Shown here one piece after another: positions 27,113 through 39,780 of a stretch of DNA of 64,000 nt. The translations under genes were made by a program, and so were the position numbers. How positions within the stretch are numbered: the first letter of the stretch is position 1; every line of letters starts with the position of its first letter. The notes under the pieces are model-generated. The model made no database searches, was not told the origin of the DNA, and saw nothing but the letters and a program-made list of their open reading frames with translations. Source of the DNA: Octopus vulgaris (Eukaryota). Location: the NCBI GenBank assembly GCA_951406725.2, contig OX597830.1, positions 16,802,001 to 16,866,000 of the forward strand. The letters run 5' to 3'.

Positions 27113-27375
27113 AGATTATGTATTTTTTTATACCTTTCTTTCAATCTCCCCTACACACATATTCTTTCTGCCAATCTTTCTATATTTCCCACGTTTCTAC
27201 ACAACCATTCCCTTTGTCTAAACACACCACATCTAATTCTCATTCACATTAGTCTAGCTACAAAAGAAACAACTTGACAAAAACTATATAAACACAGAAA
27301 GAACCAAAGTAAACCAGTCTGATGACGGCAAGCAAGCCGAAACTTTGAATTCACAGTCAAACCGTTTTTCCTTGA

Positions 27376-27378
<3 letters not shown>
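27109..27378 (+). mobile_element. (TA)n-embedded ~270-bp element with a hammerhead core (Penelope-like or retrozyme-type)
   Basis: Flanked by (TA)n on both sides; contains the motif at 27311-27368. Confidence 0.55.
27311..27368 (+). ncRNA. Type I hammerhead ribozyme-like motif
   Basis: CTGATGA (27319-25), C, stem II GGC-aagcaa-GCC, GAAA (27339-42), stem III ACT..AGT around palindromic TGAATTCA, GTC site (27356-58). Stem I is weak. Confidence 0.55.
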
Positions 27379-27412
<34 letters not shown>

Positions 27413-27614
27413 GTAGAAAAATACAAACTGGGACAAGAACGTAAAACATTTAGAAGACGATACAAAAAACACGGACGGGACATTCGAAGCCTTCAATCTT
27501 CAGTCAAGAACCGGATCATCCTAGCAATTTCGGCTGATATATATATATATAGCGTTGGTGCCCCAGCATGGCCGCGGCCTTCGGGCTAAAACATTTTTAA
27601 GGATTTTAAGGATT

Positions 27615-27683
<69 letters not shown>

Positions 27684-28199
27684 GCACATGTACATATACA
27701 CATATATTGTCTATAAATACACACACATATGCATATATGTATATATGTATATGTGTATATATGTATGTATATATGTGTACATATATGTATAAATGAACGG
27801 GAGATGTAAAGAGTATGTATTTTATTATGAAGTTTAAAACATTCGAGAAGTTGCTCAAATTTTGTAAATATCATTTTCCAAGTGATATACTTGAAACTTG
27901 AACACCCTGAGTAAATTCTCAAGGGTTTTCAGTTTCACATACTCTCTCTCTCTCTCTCTTTCACACACATATATACACACACACATAACCTTACAATGTA
28001 TTTAACTACTCTCACCATTAAGTTTCCCTATCAGTAAACGTTCCATTATCATCCTTTAACAGACATGCATGCATAACATCATGTCCATTCAAATCCCATT
28101 GACCAATCTCCTTCATGATTCCATCACATATACAACAGTGTTTCCAAAGTCCTCCAGCAACTGTTGCACATATGCTCGATAAGGCCCGCCTCTTCTTCT

Positions 28200-28585
28200 T
28201 TTTTTTTGCCATGCAACCCTCAAAGAGGTTATCTCCGATCCGGACCAAGCTGGTTGAACCAACAAAGGCCGAACGTGGGAGCGCAATGATCTTCTTAGGC
28301 GCTCGCTCGGTTTTCAACGATCTGCATTTGTGTCGGTAGTGACCCACGCACTAGAGAATCCAGCGCAGCGTACCAAAAAAGACACGGGCGAAACAAATTG
28401 AGGAAGACATGAAGTCGCAGCGCCTCGACCTCTCGAGCATGATAAGGCCAACTCCATGGATTGGAAAGCGTGGAGTAACATCATGAGAGTCCGTTATCAA
28501 GCAGCACCCACAGCAGCGTATTGGTTGAGAGGACAACCTTCCCTTCCGGTTGCCAGTTAGGGATTTTACTTACTTACTTACTTAC
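28200..28585 (+). pseudogene. 3' end of a decayed RTE-like LINE with a (TTAC)n tail
   Basis: PKKTRAKQIEEDMK near 28372-28413 resembles the GRPKKTW..I.EDM C-terminal motif; ends in ttacttacttac. Confidence 0.5.
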
Positions 28586-28727
28586 CCATCCACTGCTTAG
28601 CATAAAAATAATAGACGTACAACTTTATCTTTTCCTCGTGAACAGTGTCGCACAAACTTAAGTCTACGTGGTTTGATGGTTTCTGATTTACGCACAATGC
28701 CAGCAATAATGGGGAGGAGTTAGTCAA

Positions 28728-28954
28728 AATACCTATTTCTTTATTACCCACAAGGGGCTAAACATAGAGGAGACAAACAAGGACAGACAGAGGTATTAAG
28801 TCGATTACATCGACCCCAGTGCGTAATTGGTACTTAATTTGTCGACCCCGAAAGGATGAAAAGCAAAGTCGATCTCGGCGGAATTTGAACTCAGAACGTA
28901 ACGGCAGACGGAATACCGCAAAGCATTTCGCCCGGCGTGCTAACGTTTCTGCCA
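28728..28954 (-). mobile_element. SINE family C
   Basis: Near-identical to the 7884-8100 unit. Confidence 0.85.
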
Positions 28955-29189
28955 GATGTGAGAGTACAGTGTGTGCCTCGCTTTCGCCTTGGAGAGCATA
29001 AATGCGGCAACGAAATTTGCTGAGCGGGTGAAAACCCAGGCCCAAAATGTTTTCCAGACAAGGTGGATTCTTTTCAATCATATCAAAATAAACACAGGTA
29101 TATTAATTGTTATTATTCATATACACACAACAGATTAGACTGAGGAAAGAGAAAAATTCATAACATCGGACTACAACAAGTAACCTTTA

Positions 29190-29348
<159 letters not shown>

Positions 29349-29349
29349 G

Positions 29350-29670
29350 AAGGCGGCGAGTTGGCAGATTTGTTAGCACGCCGGGCAAAATGCTTAGCGG
29401 TATTTCGTCTGCCGCTACGTTTGTAAATTGAAATTCTGCCGAGGTCGACTTTGCCTTTCATCCTTTCGGGGTCGATAAATTAAGTACTAACCAGTGAAAC
29501 ACTGAGGTAGATGTAATCGACTAGTCCCCTTCCTCAAAATGGCTGCCCTTGTGGCCTTTCACCCTTTCGGAATCGATAATCTGAGTACCAGTGAAACACT
29601 GGGGTCGATGTAATCGACTAGTCCACTACCCCAAAATTTCAGGCCCTGTGCTTATAGTAGAAAAGAATAT
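29350..29670 (+). mobile_element. SINE family C with a duplicated body
   Basis: aaggcggcgagttggcag head; the gccttt..gtcgata..gtac..gtgaaacactg block occurs twice. Confidence 0.85.
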
Positions 29671-30092
29671 TGTTGTTATATTTGCAGGTACATCAATAAA
29701 ATCAAATAAATCCAATAACGGACAAGAAATATTTCAAATCAGTCCCAAAGTGTTTCTACGATCGTTTGGTGTGGCTATGAAGTTTTTTCAGGAGAACGTT
29801 CAAAGCGTTTTCCACTGCTCCCCGCCAAAGAAAAAGTGTTTAGGGGTACGTTTGTAGCCCCTGCACCCCTGTTCCCGAGCCTACATTGTAGAGTGTGAGA
29901 AACTTCATAGGCTAAAGTATTTACTGGCCCTGTGGGGCAGGGCTTGTGTTTGGGATATAGCCCAAGTTACATTAAGGATACGTTTTCGCCAGGATAGATC
30001 GTCGGTGAGAATAGCCGAAACTGAAGCAGGTTGAGGCTACGTTATTCTGTATTCCTTCGTTGGCTTCCTCCATGTTTATATTTGTGCGTGTA

Positions 30093-30319
30093 TACTCTTT
30101 TACTCTTTTACTTGTTTCAGTCAGTTGACTGCGGCCATGCTGGAGCACCGCCTTTAATCGAGCAACTCGACCCCGCCCCCGGGACTTTCTTTTTTGTAAG
30201 CCCAGTACTTATTCTATCGGTCTCTTTTGCCGAACCGCTAAGTAACGGGGACGTAAACACACCAGCATCGGTTGTCAAGCAATGCTAGGGGGACAAACAC
30301 AGACACACAAACACACACA

Positions 30320-30379
<60 letters not shown>

Positions 30380-30532
30380 TACGACGGGCTTCTTTCAGTT
30401 TCCGTCTACCAAATCCACTCACAAGGCTTTGGTCGGCCCGAGGCTATAGTAGAAGACACTTGCCCAAGGTGCCACGCAGTGGACTGAACCCGGAACCATG
30501 TTGTTGGTAAACAAGCTACTTACCACACAGCC
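30093..30532 (-). mobile_element. SINE family A
   Basis: Reverse complement of family A with internal (TA)n. Confidence 0.9.
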
Positions 30533-31119
30533 GAATGACTAACTTTTTTTTATGAGATATTATACATAAATCGAGCCGCACTATTAAAAGATTAATTTAA
30601 CAAACATCGTGTTTAGTAACTACATTTTCATTGGTTGATAATTCAAGGGAAACAGTGTGAATGGATGGATGAAAGAATGAATGAATAAATGAAGGAGAGA
30701 GGAGGAAGGAGAAGGGGAGAGAGATGAAATTGCTTAATAAAGATTTATGTTACAAAATGTTAGTTTATGCAATCATGTCATTACGCGTGACATGCAAAAG
30801 AAGTTAAAAGGAACCGCGTGGTTTACCTATGTCTGGTCCAAGCAGTAATAGCAGTATAGAAATTATGAAGTGATAACTTCGTGTTACAACACTAGTCACT
30901 CATCTGATAATCTCACCAAAGAAAAAAATAATATAACAAAAATTCAATGAATTTCGACCTGAGATTAACTGCGAAGACAAACATAACAGCTACGAACCTC
31001 CTAAACTGCCATTCACAACGAACGTATCCTAATTACATAATTGCTTGTTATATACATCTAATTACTCAGTGAATATCATCCCAGTTATACCCAAAAGAGT
31101 AAATGACAAGATAGGCTCT

Positions 31120-31554
31120 GGATCTTTTCGGTTTGAACGGCAGTTTTTAACATAATTTCTAGGTAACTAAAAAATTTTAAACTTCGTATACTGGTAGAAT
31201 GTGTTTATAAAACATCTTTTTCTCTTGGCTCTATTCAGAAAATTCTATAGTTTGCAAGATATTTGTTGTTTTTTCCTTCAATTTCTGCAATTTCAACCAA
31301 TCAATGACGTCTATTGAACTGAAAACATTCTGTGCCGTATGAATATTCCCTCGTTTAAGAAACAGATTGGATTTATTTATATTTCTGAAAAAAATATATA
31401 TATACCCTTCCCCCCACTCCTAACCCTAACCCTAACTCTAACCCTAACCCTAAAACAGATTGAAATGCAATAGATTGATACTAGGGTTATAATCATGGGT
31501 GACAATTTCATATGACACCGCTAGAAAAAACTGCCGTTCAAACCGAAAAGATCC
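31120..31554 (+). mobile_element. Merlin-like MITE with CCCTAA repeats, copy 2, perfect 8-bp TSD
   Basis: TIRs GGATCTTTTCGGTTTGAACGGCAGTTTTT / AAAAAACTGCCGTTCAAACCGAAAAGATCC; TSD taggctct at 31112-19 and 31555-62. Confidence 0.9.
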
Positions 31555-31989
31555 TAGGCTCTTTATCTTCAACTCAAACAAAAGTCTATAGAGACGAGAA
31601 ATATAAATTCTACAACCAAAAGCTAAAGTACATTTATTATAAAGAAAGCGCAAAGTGACTACTCAACACAGATATATTTCTATATCTAATTTTTATTTTA
31701 TTTTATTTCTAAAGCCCAAATAAGGACGGTAGAAACAGGTTCGGTGTTACTTGAAGTTTCTGTCTGGACCTGCATTTTGGCAGCAGATGTATGATGGTCA
31801 CCATTTCCAGACCCGATGCTGCTCGGGTGTTCTAATCCTACATCCGTGTCTAAGCAGTCTTTTCAGGAATACTGCTAGTTCATCTTGAACTTTGAGCGCC
31901 CTAGAAAATGTGGACCAAAAAGTCGGAAGCCACTTTTCAGTACCTAAACTCAAAGAAAACCGAATCTGAATCTAGCAATCTGATTTTCA

Positions 31990-33300
31990 GAGCATGAAAC
32001 CTAAAACTACATTTTGATCTTATCAACACTGAAAGACCAGAACGACGCCTAATACTTTCTCCCTCGTTTCAACATCGCTTTCGCTGCCCTGTGTGAAACA
32101 CAACTCTCAAGGAAAGGAAAATTTTCAGCGAAGAGTGCTGACCACACAAGTTAATCGAATGGTTCATTAAAAATAACTCTCTTGTTCTTTCCATTCAAAC
32201 TGAATGAATCTTTTAGAAACGAAAACAAGGACAGAAAGTAACCCCAAAAGTTGGCTTTGCTGTGAAGACCAGGATTTTTCGAGATCATCATCGAACTCCA
32301 ACTGCCATTAACGATCGACATTCGATCTTCGTGTACCATTATCTCAAAACAATTTTATTGTGCTTATCTCAGCTTCTGCTCCAACTCTTAATGCCGATGA
32401 AGATGTAGAAAATCAATTTTACCAACAAATGAATAACAACATTTTGAAAGTATAAACAAGAGATAAACATCTACTCTAAGGCGATTTTAAGTAAGCGTAG
32501 GAAGAGATAATCGGTTACGGAAAGAGATTAATTGTAAAGAAGTTGTTGAGAACTTTAATCTCAATGATCTTCTCATACATGGCCTCTGTTCATTACATTC
32601 TTTTTTCATCCCCAACATTCAGTTCCAACTCTCCAACTGATTTAAAACCGTAAAGATTCTTGAAGGAACATTGTTCGCTCACTGCAGAATTATGAAGAAA
32701 ATTTGAGAGTAGAAATTCCATGAGCAGAATGAAACCACGGAAATCTCCGGGGTCGACCAACGCTGAAACAAGGGAAACTGCCCCTCAAAATCAGGCTTTC
32801 CACTCTGATCCTGAAAGAATGGGAAGACCGCCGAGTCTCAAATAAATTTTTAAAAAGCAGTTATTATCATTATTTTCAAGAAAGGAAATCGAAAGCTTTG
32901 TGAAAGTTATCATGGAAAATCACTGAAAAAACTTGCAGATCGAGTCTTTAAAGGCAAAGATTTAAGCCCCCAAAACAAAACAAGTAGTTTATTCACCATC
33001 TTAGTGCATGAAACATGAAAAAGAAACCATCAAAAATCATAACATAATCTCTGTGCGTTCTTAAACATCAAATGGAAGGACTTTTTTAACAATAGAATTG
33101 TACGAGAAAAAGATAATAGTCGGAGCATAGAATTCACTGATACGAAATATCGGCTATGATATATATGATGATAATAAAAGATGAGAAATTTCCTTGTAAA
33201 ATTTCCTTCAGTGGAAAAGATGACGAGGATGTAGTTTCCTCTGTTAAAAAGACTACCTAAAGACAAGCTTCGAAATGGCTGGAATTGAAACAAAAAGCGT
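31990..33300 (+). pseudogene. Decayed, internally deleted RTE-clade LINE (APE plus RT fragments)
   Basis: RPERR; FNIAFAALCETQL; VGFAVK; LRVPLSQNNFIVLISASAPTLNADEDVENQFYQ; *GDF; IFKKGNRKLCESYHGKSL (RT); RLPK. Confidence 0.8.
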
Positions 33301-33581
33301 GGGAAAGTGAACCCCCAGAGCCGTTCCAGATGGTTTCACTCTTATTCAACCTTAAGATCTAACCTTTTGAAGTAAAGAGAAAAATAAAATATGTGAAGAA
33401 CGCAAGATGCAACCAACAAGAACAACATCCTCCTACAGCTTTTCCATGCCGTCTTTATCCCTGTCCTGTTTCACTCAGACATCAACGCCATCAACATTGA
33501 GGACCGACTCAATCTGGAGGAAGTTGAAATTCTCGTACACAAGAAATAGCGACGCTCTGTTGGTTTTTTGTTTGTTTGTTT

Positions 33582-33650
<69 letters not shown>

Positions 33651-34038
33651 TGTGTGTATTTTCTTTAGGCCTTCGCACCCTATGGAGTGACTTTCCTCTA
33701 TTGTTCTCAACTCTAGGCTGTCTTTTCTTGTTGGTTTTGAAATGTCATCGAGGCTGTCTGTAACTTTATTTCTTTTCTATCTTGGTCTTATACAAACTTA
33801 TTTTTACCCCTGGTGCATATTAGTCAGCTCTCTGTCTTTTGACCTCCGTTGCATGACAGACCTTAAGCTACCACACCGCAACAAAGACTTGCATATATAT
33901 GCATGTATATGCACATGAACATACGCATACATATGCACATATATATATATATACATTTACATATATATTTATATATATATATGTTGGTGTGCATGTATGT
34001 ATCCATCTATCTATTTATCTATCTATATCTATATGTGT

Positions 34039-34103
<65 letters not shown>

Positions 34104-34128
34104 CAAACAGACATATATATGCATACAT

Positions 34129-34171
<43 letters not shown>

Positions 34172-34172
<1 letters not shown>

Positions 34173-34464
34173 GTTTGTTTCAGTCTTTGTCGCTTTTAGT
34201 CGAACTAATCGCCCCCAGGACTTATTCTATCGGGACGTAAACACACCAACATCGGTTGTCAAACACAATCACATATACACACACAGCATGGCCACAGCTC
34301 AAGAGCTGAAACTGGAAAGCATAAACTTAAACACATATACGACGGGCTTCTTTGGTCGACCCGAGGCTATAGTAGCAGACACTTGCTCAAGGTGCCACAC
34401 AGTGGGACTGAACCCAGAACCATGTGGTGGGAAAGCAAGCTTCTTACCACACAGCCACTCCTGC
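34172..34464 (-). mobile_element. SINE family A, deleted copy, containing a short + strand tail fragment at 34284-34320
   Basis: Family A motifs with internal deletions. Confidence 0.7.
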
Positions 34465-34610
34465 ACTTATATATATATGGGTAGAAAAGAAATATATATA
34501 TATATATATGCATGTATATATACAGATAGATGTAGGTATGTACATATATGTATGTATATATGCATATGTTTTATTTATTAATTTGTTATTTATATATATA
34601 TATATATATA

Positions 34611-36438
34611 CTAGCAGTATCGCCCGGCGTTGCTCGGGTTTGTTTCGACCCGCTGGAATTGTAATTTTGAAAAGTAAAAATTTTGTGAACATTTTTCTGG
34701 TCGAAATACACCGAAAAGTGGCGACACAGCAGTGAAAAAATCGTAAAAAATAGGGATTTTCATAGAAAAAAGCATCTTTTTGATGTAAATAATTTTTGGT
34801 GTTAACATGGTCCGATTTGAATTTTATGTTCTACGGAAGGAAGAGCAAGCCTTCTTCTATCATATTCTCAATTTTGGTCAACTTGCGCCGCAGGGTCTCG
34901 GAGAAGATAGTGTTAGTTGAAGGTTACCAAACGTGGCGCACACAGACAACTTTAGCTTTATATAGAGATAAAACTTAAATAATAAATTTTTTTACACAAA
35001 CGCGAACGGGGAAAAGGGGGTGGCGAATTCGATTTTTTTATTTTCGTTGAATGAATATAAAAAATGTATAATATATGTTGTACATACCTAAATTTTTTCT
35101 TTTTCATGACATTGTAGCAAAATAGTAGTGAATTATATAAATACCAGCAGTACATTTTTTTTCTGGGGTATTTTTTTTCAACCTCGTCACATATTTGCCC
35201 CTTTCAATTTAAACAAAGTCTTAATTAAGCAATTACGGCAGCTTAGCAATGGTTTCAATACAGGCGTGACATCTGTATCTCAATTGTTCAAAACCCTTCG
35301 AATTTTTTCGCACGTGATGATATCATAGTGAAAACTTTCAATTACGCGCGCTTACAAGTACGCTCGCAAATTAATACTACCAAAATTTTGAAGTTCGCGC
35401 TCCGCTTGTGTGTGTGTGTGTGCGTGCTTTAGGTGTACGTAGGTATGTGTTTTTGTGTGTGTGTGTCACTGAAGCCATACATACATATATACATACATAA
35501 CCTCTCTCTCTCTTTCTCTCTCAGTCACTCACTACAAAAAGTGAATAAAAAAAGTTCAGTTATTTCTGTCTTTCACTCTGTCTGTCTCTTTACACACACT
35601 AACAAAAGCACTTCACTTACACACCACACTTTCTGTGTCGCACAACCCATCAAACACACACACACACACACACACTCACGCACGCACACATGTACATCAA
35701 TGCTTTCGGAGTGAAATGTTAAAATATTGAGTTTTCTCGAATTTTGTCTTAATTAGGGGTGAAATTGAAAGAAATTTGTTATGGCATGACCGAATGGAGT
35801 ACTTTGAAAAATCTTAGGTAAACTCTAATTGAAGAAATTGTGTGAGGAGTAAATCGTTATGTATTTATTTGTTTCTGTTTGCTGTGTTTTTTTATTTTTT
35901 GAGTAGTGGTTTAAGGTACACTTGCAAAGAGAAAGTGGGAGAAATTATGTTGATAGCATGCGTGATCCGTTTTATAGAAATACTTTCAGTTTAGTCTTCC
36001 TCAAATCACTCTGTCGCTATTTACTCTCTTCCAAGAACATTTTCACTCACTCTTATCTCTTAGCTTGCCATACATTTTACTCATGTATCTATCAGCGTGA
36101 TAGACAGAAACAAATATTATATCGCCATCGCATTCTATTGTCTACCTGTCAACACACACACAGTGAATTAGTTTCATTTTATTCGTTGCACACTATGTGT
36201 GTGCGTTTGCGTGTGCTGTAAACCAGACTAAGAAAAGCATTTGACATACACACCAGAATGTGAGTTTTCTGTAAATTTTGCTTAATTGGAGTTTAAATTT
36301 TAAAAACTGGACCTGGCATGACCCGATGCATTCTACTCTTAAAAATGCTAGGTAAATTGTAATTGAAGAAATCCTATATTGTAGATTTCTATAAGTGACA
36401 AAGGGAGGCAGATAAAATCTGCCTTTTATAATAAGAGA
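34611..36438 (-). mobile_element. Non-autonomous Helitron with one 3' end (34611) and two candidate 5' ends (34968, 36438)
   Basis: Minus-strand 3' end cccgagcaacgccggg hairpin, 8 nt, CTAG|T; 5' ends A|TCTCTATATAAAG and A|TCTCTTATTATAAAAG; A/T insertion site without TSD. Confidence 0.75.
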
Positions 36439-36527
36439 TATATACACAGACAGACGGACAGATTGATAGATACATACATACATATATGAGAGTGAGTGTG
36501 GGTGTGAGTGTGTGTGTGAGTGGGTGG

Positions 36528-36562
<35 letters not shown>

Positions 36563-37005
36563 CAAAAACAAATCGTAGTCTACTTCTATAAACATGCTGA
36601 AAGTACTACTTTTGAACTTATTTTTTCTTTTTGTTTTCTTTTGTTGTTTTATTTTTTTTTATTTTTTATTTTTTCGCTTAATGGATGTGCTGACTATCTC
36701 CACACCATCATCCTATCTTTTTCTGGTTATTCCTGTGCAGCGGCGGCAGCGCCACACGATCTTGTTTCTCTCCCTTCTGAATACCATGAAGTTTAAGTAT
36801 CTCTTATCTATCCTACTACACACACTTCTTGACATTTCCACTCTTTCACCTTGCTCCATCTCGATCCTACTTCTGATCGACTGCCTTTAGAGACAGATTC
36901 CGGTAACAGCTTCTCATACACTCGTTTTCTTCTTTCTTACTCTTCCTCTTCGTCGTCATCGTCGTCGCTCTCGTCATCGACATCGTGGACGGTATTCAGC
37001 CCCAC

Positions 37006-37086
37006 AAGGCGGCGAGCTGGCAGAAAAGTTAGCGCGCCGGGCGAAATGCTTAGCGGTATTTCGTCTGCCGCTACGTTCCGAGTTCA
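37006..37086 (+). mobile_element. SINE family C head only
   Basis: aaggcggcgagctggcagaaaagttagcgcgccgggcgaaatgcttagcgg. Confidence 0.75.
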
Positions 37087-37393
37087 TATATATATGTCTT
37101 AGGTCAGGTAGGGTGTTAATTTAGGAGATTTGCAGAGAAGTACTCGACCCGAATACTGGGCTATCAACATAGTCGGGTTCCAGGCCAAAGCTGAAATTCC
37201 TCAGGTGTAGAAAATCCAAGTTTCCCAATAATTATACCATAAAATGGGTTTGGCGAAGAGTAAATAATTCAATGAAAAGAAGAAGACAAAGAACATTCCT
37301 TAACATATCTTTAATGATTCCTTACAGTTGATACTGCACCAACTCCATTTGCAACGCCAGTTTACGCAAAAATTCTAAAAGAAAATTCACGTA

Positions 37394-37555
37394 GGCGCAG
37401 GAGTGGCTGTGTGGTAAGTAGCTTGCTAACCAACCACATGGTTCCGGGTTCAGTCCCACTGCGTGGCATCTTGGGTAAGTGTCTTCTGCTATAGCCCTGG
37501 GCCGACCAATGCCTTGTGAGTGGATTTGGTAGACGGAAACTGAAAGAAGCCTGTC

Positions 37556-37621
<66 letters not shown>

Positions 37622-37835
37622 TTGTGTGTCTGTGTTTGTCCCCCTAGCATTGCTTGACAACCGATGCTGGTGTGTTTGCGTCCCCGTCACTTAGCGGTTC
37701 GGCAAAAAAGAGACCGATGGAATAAGTACTGGGCTTACAAAGAATAAGTCTCGGGGTCGATTTGCTCGACTGAAGGCGGTGCTCCAGCATGGCCGCAGTC
37801 AAATGACTGAAACAAGTAAAAGAGTAAAAGAGTAA
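37394..37835 (+). mobile_element. SINE family A, full length
   Basis: Full head-to-tail match. Confidence 0.9.
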
Positions 37836-38159
37836 AGTTTGCGATTTTAGACATTAGAGAGGCGCTTCATCAGATTTGCATCAAACGTGTGTTGTTACAT
37901 TGTGCGTCTTTCAACCCTTGTTTTTTTGGGGTTTTTTGAGGGGGGAGGAGCATGTATCTATCATCTGGGCGTGTGACGTGCAACAAATGGGGTCTTTATT
38001 GAAGTTTTTCTGGTGTTTGTAATAAAACTTTATATGTACGCCTATGTTTTTCCAATAAACTCTGCTGAGTTTTCCTCATGTTTCATTTTTTTACAGAATT
38101 TTTCAAATTGCAAAGTAATTTATGGACACCTTTTGATGGCATGCACTGCTCTCTCACTC

Positions 38160-38248
<89 letters not shown>

Positions 38249-38381
38249 TAATAATAATGATAATAATAATAACAACAACAATAATAATAATAATAACAAT
38301 AATAATAATAATAATAATAACAATAACAACAACAATAATAATAATAATAATAACAATAATAATAATAATAATAATAATAAC

Positions 38382-38461
<80 letters not shown>

Positions 38462-38487
38462 TAATAATAATAACAATAATAATGATA

Positions 38488-38570
<83 letters not shown>

Positions 38571-38618
38571 GATAATAATAATAATAATATTCATAATGAT
38601 GATAACAACAACAACAAC

Positions 38619-38677
<59 letters not shown>

Positions 38678-38742
38678 TGATAATAATAATGATAATAATA
38701 ATAATGATGATGATAATAATAATAATAATGATAATAATAATA

Positions 38743-38773
<31 letters not shown>

Positions 38774-38963
38774 TACTAATACTAATAATAATAATAATGA
38801 TAATAATAATAATAATATTCATAATGATGATAACAACAACAACAACAATAATAATAATAATAATAATACTAGTACTACTACTACAACTACTAATAATAAT
38901 AATAATGATAATAGCAACAACAACAACAACAACAATAATAATAATACTAATAATAATAATAAT
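38160..38963. repeat. (AAT)n compound microsatellite, about 800 bp
   Basis: Directly visible. Confidence 0.95.
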
Positions 38964-39225
38964 CTAAAAACAGAAACAATTCCTATCATAGTAGGTGCCT
39001 TAGGCATGATAAAAAAATATTCAGGCAGATACATAACAAAAACACCAGGACTTACAAACACATATAACATACAGAAAATTGCACTACTAGGCACTGCACA
39101 CATCCTACGCAGAACACTTTCCATACAATAACCATCAGAGCATCACAACAAATCACAGCACATACCCAAGGCACACAGAGCTGCGCTCGGTAGTGAAGTG
39201 AAAGCACGCTATAAAAATAAAACTG

Positions 39226-39228
<3 letters not shown>
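38964..39228 (+). mobile_element. 5'-truncated R4/Dong-clade RLE LINE 3' end in (TAA)n, copy 1
   Basis: LKTETIPIIVGALGMIKK...IQKIALLGTAHILRRTLSIQ* (stop ends 39131), the R4/Dong C-terminal signature, plus ~100-bp 3'UTR running into (TAA)n. Confidence 0.85.
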
Positions 39229-39301
<73 letters not shown>

Positions 39302-39302
39302 T

Positions 39303-39333
<31 letters not shown>

Positions 39334-39507
39334 GATAATAATAATAATAATAATATTCATAATAATGATAACAACAACAACAACAACAATAATAATAATA
39401 ATAATACTAGTACTACAACTACTACTACTACTAATAATAATAATAATGATAATAGCAACAACAACAACAACAACAACAATAATAATAATACTAATAATAA
39501 TAACAAT

Positions 39508-39772
39508 CTAAAAACAGAAACAATTCCTATCATAGTAGGTGCATTAGGCTTAATAAAAAAATATTCAGGCAGATACATAACAAAAACACCAGGACTTACA
39601 AACACATATAACATACAGAAAATTGCACTACTAGGCACTGCACACATCCTACGCAGAACACTTTCAATACAATAACCATCAGAGCATCACAACAAATCAC
39701 AGCACATACCTAAGGCACACAGAGCTGCGCTCGGTAGTGAAGTGAAAGCACGATATAAAAAAAAAACTACTG
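39508..39772 (+). mobile_element. 5'-truncated R4/Dong-clade RLE LINE 3' end, copy 2
   Basis: Same 5' breakpoint as copy 1, offset 544 bp, few substitutions; stop ends 39675. Confidence 0.85.
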
Positions 39773-39780
39773 AATAAAAA

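Noticed and set aside
38013-39131. 372-aa poly-Asn ORF ending in a real-looking domain
   Set aside because: (AAT)n happens to be in frame with a truncated LINE C-terminus; non-ATG start and no gene structure.
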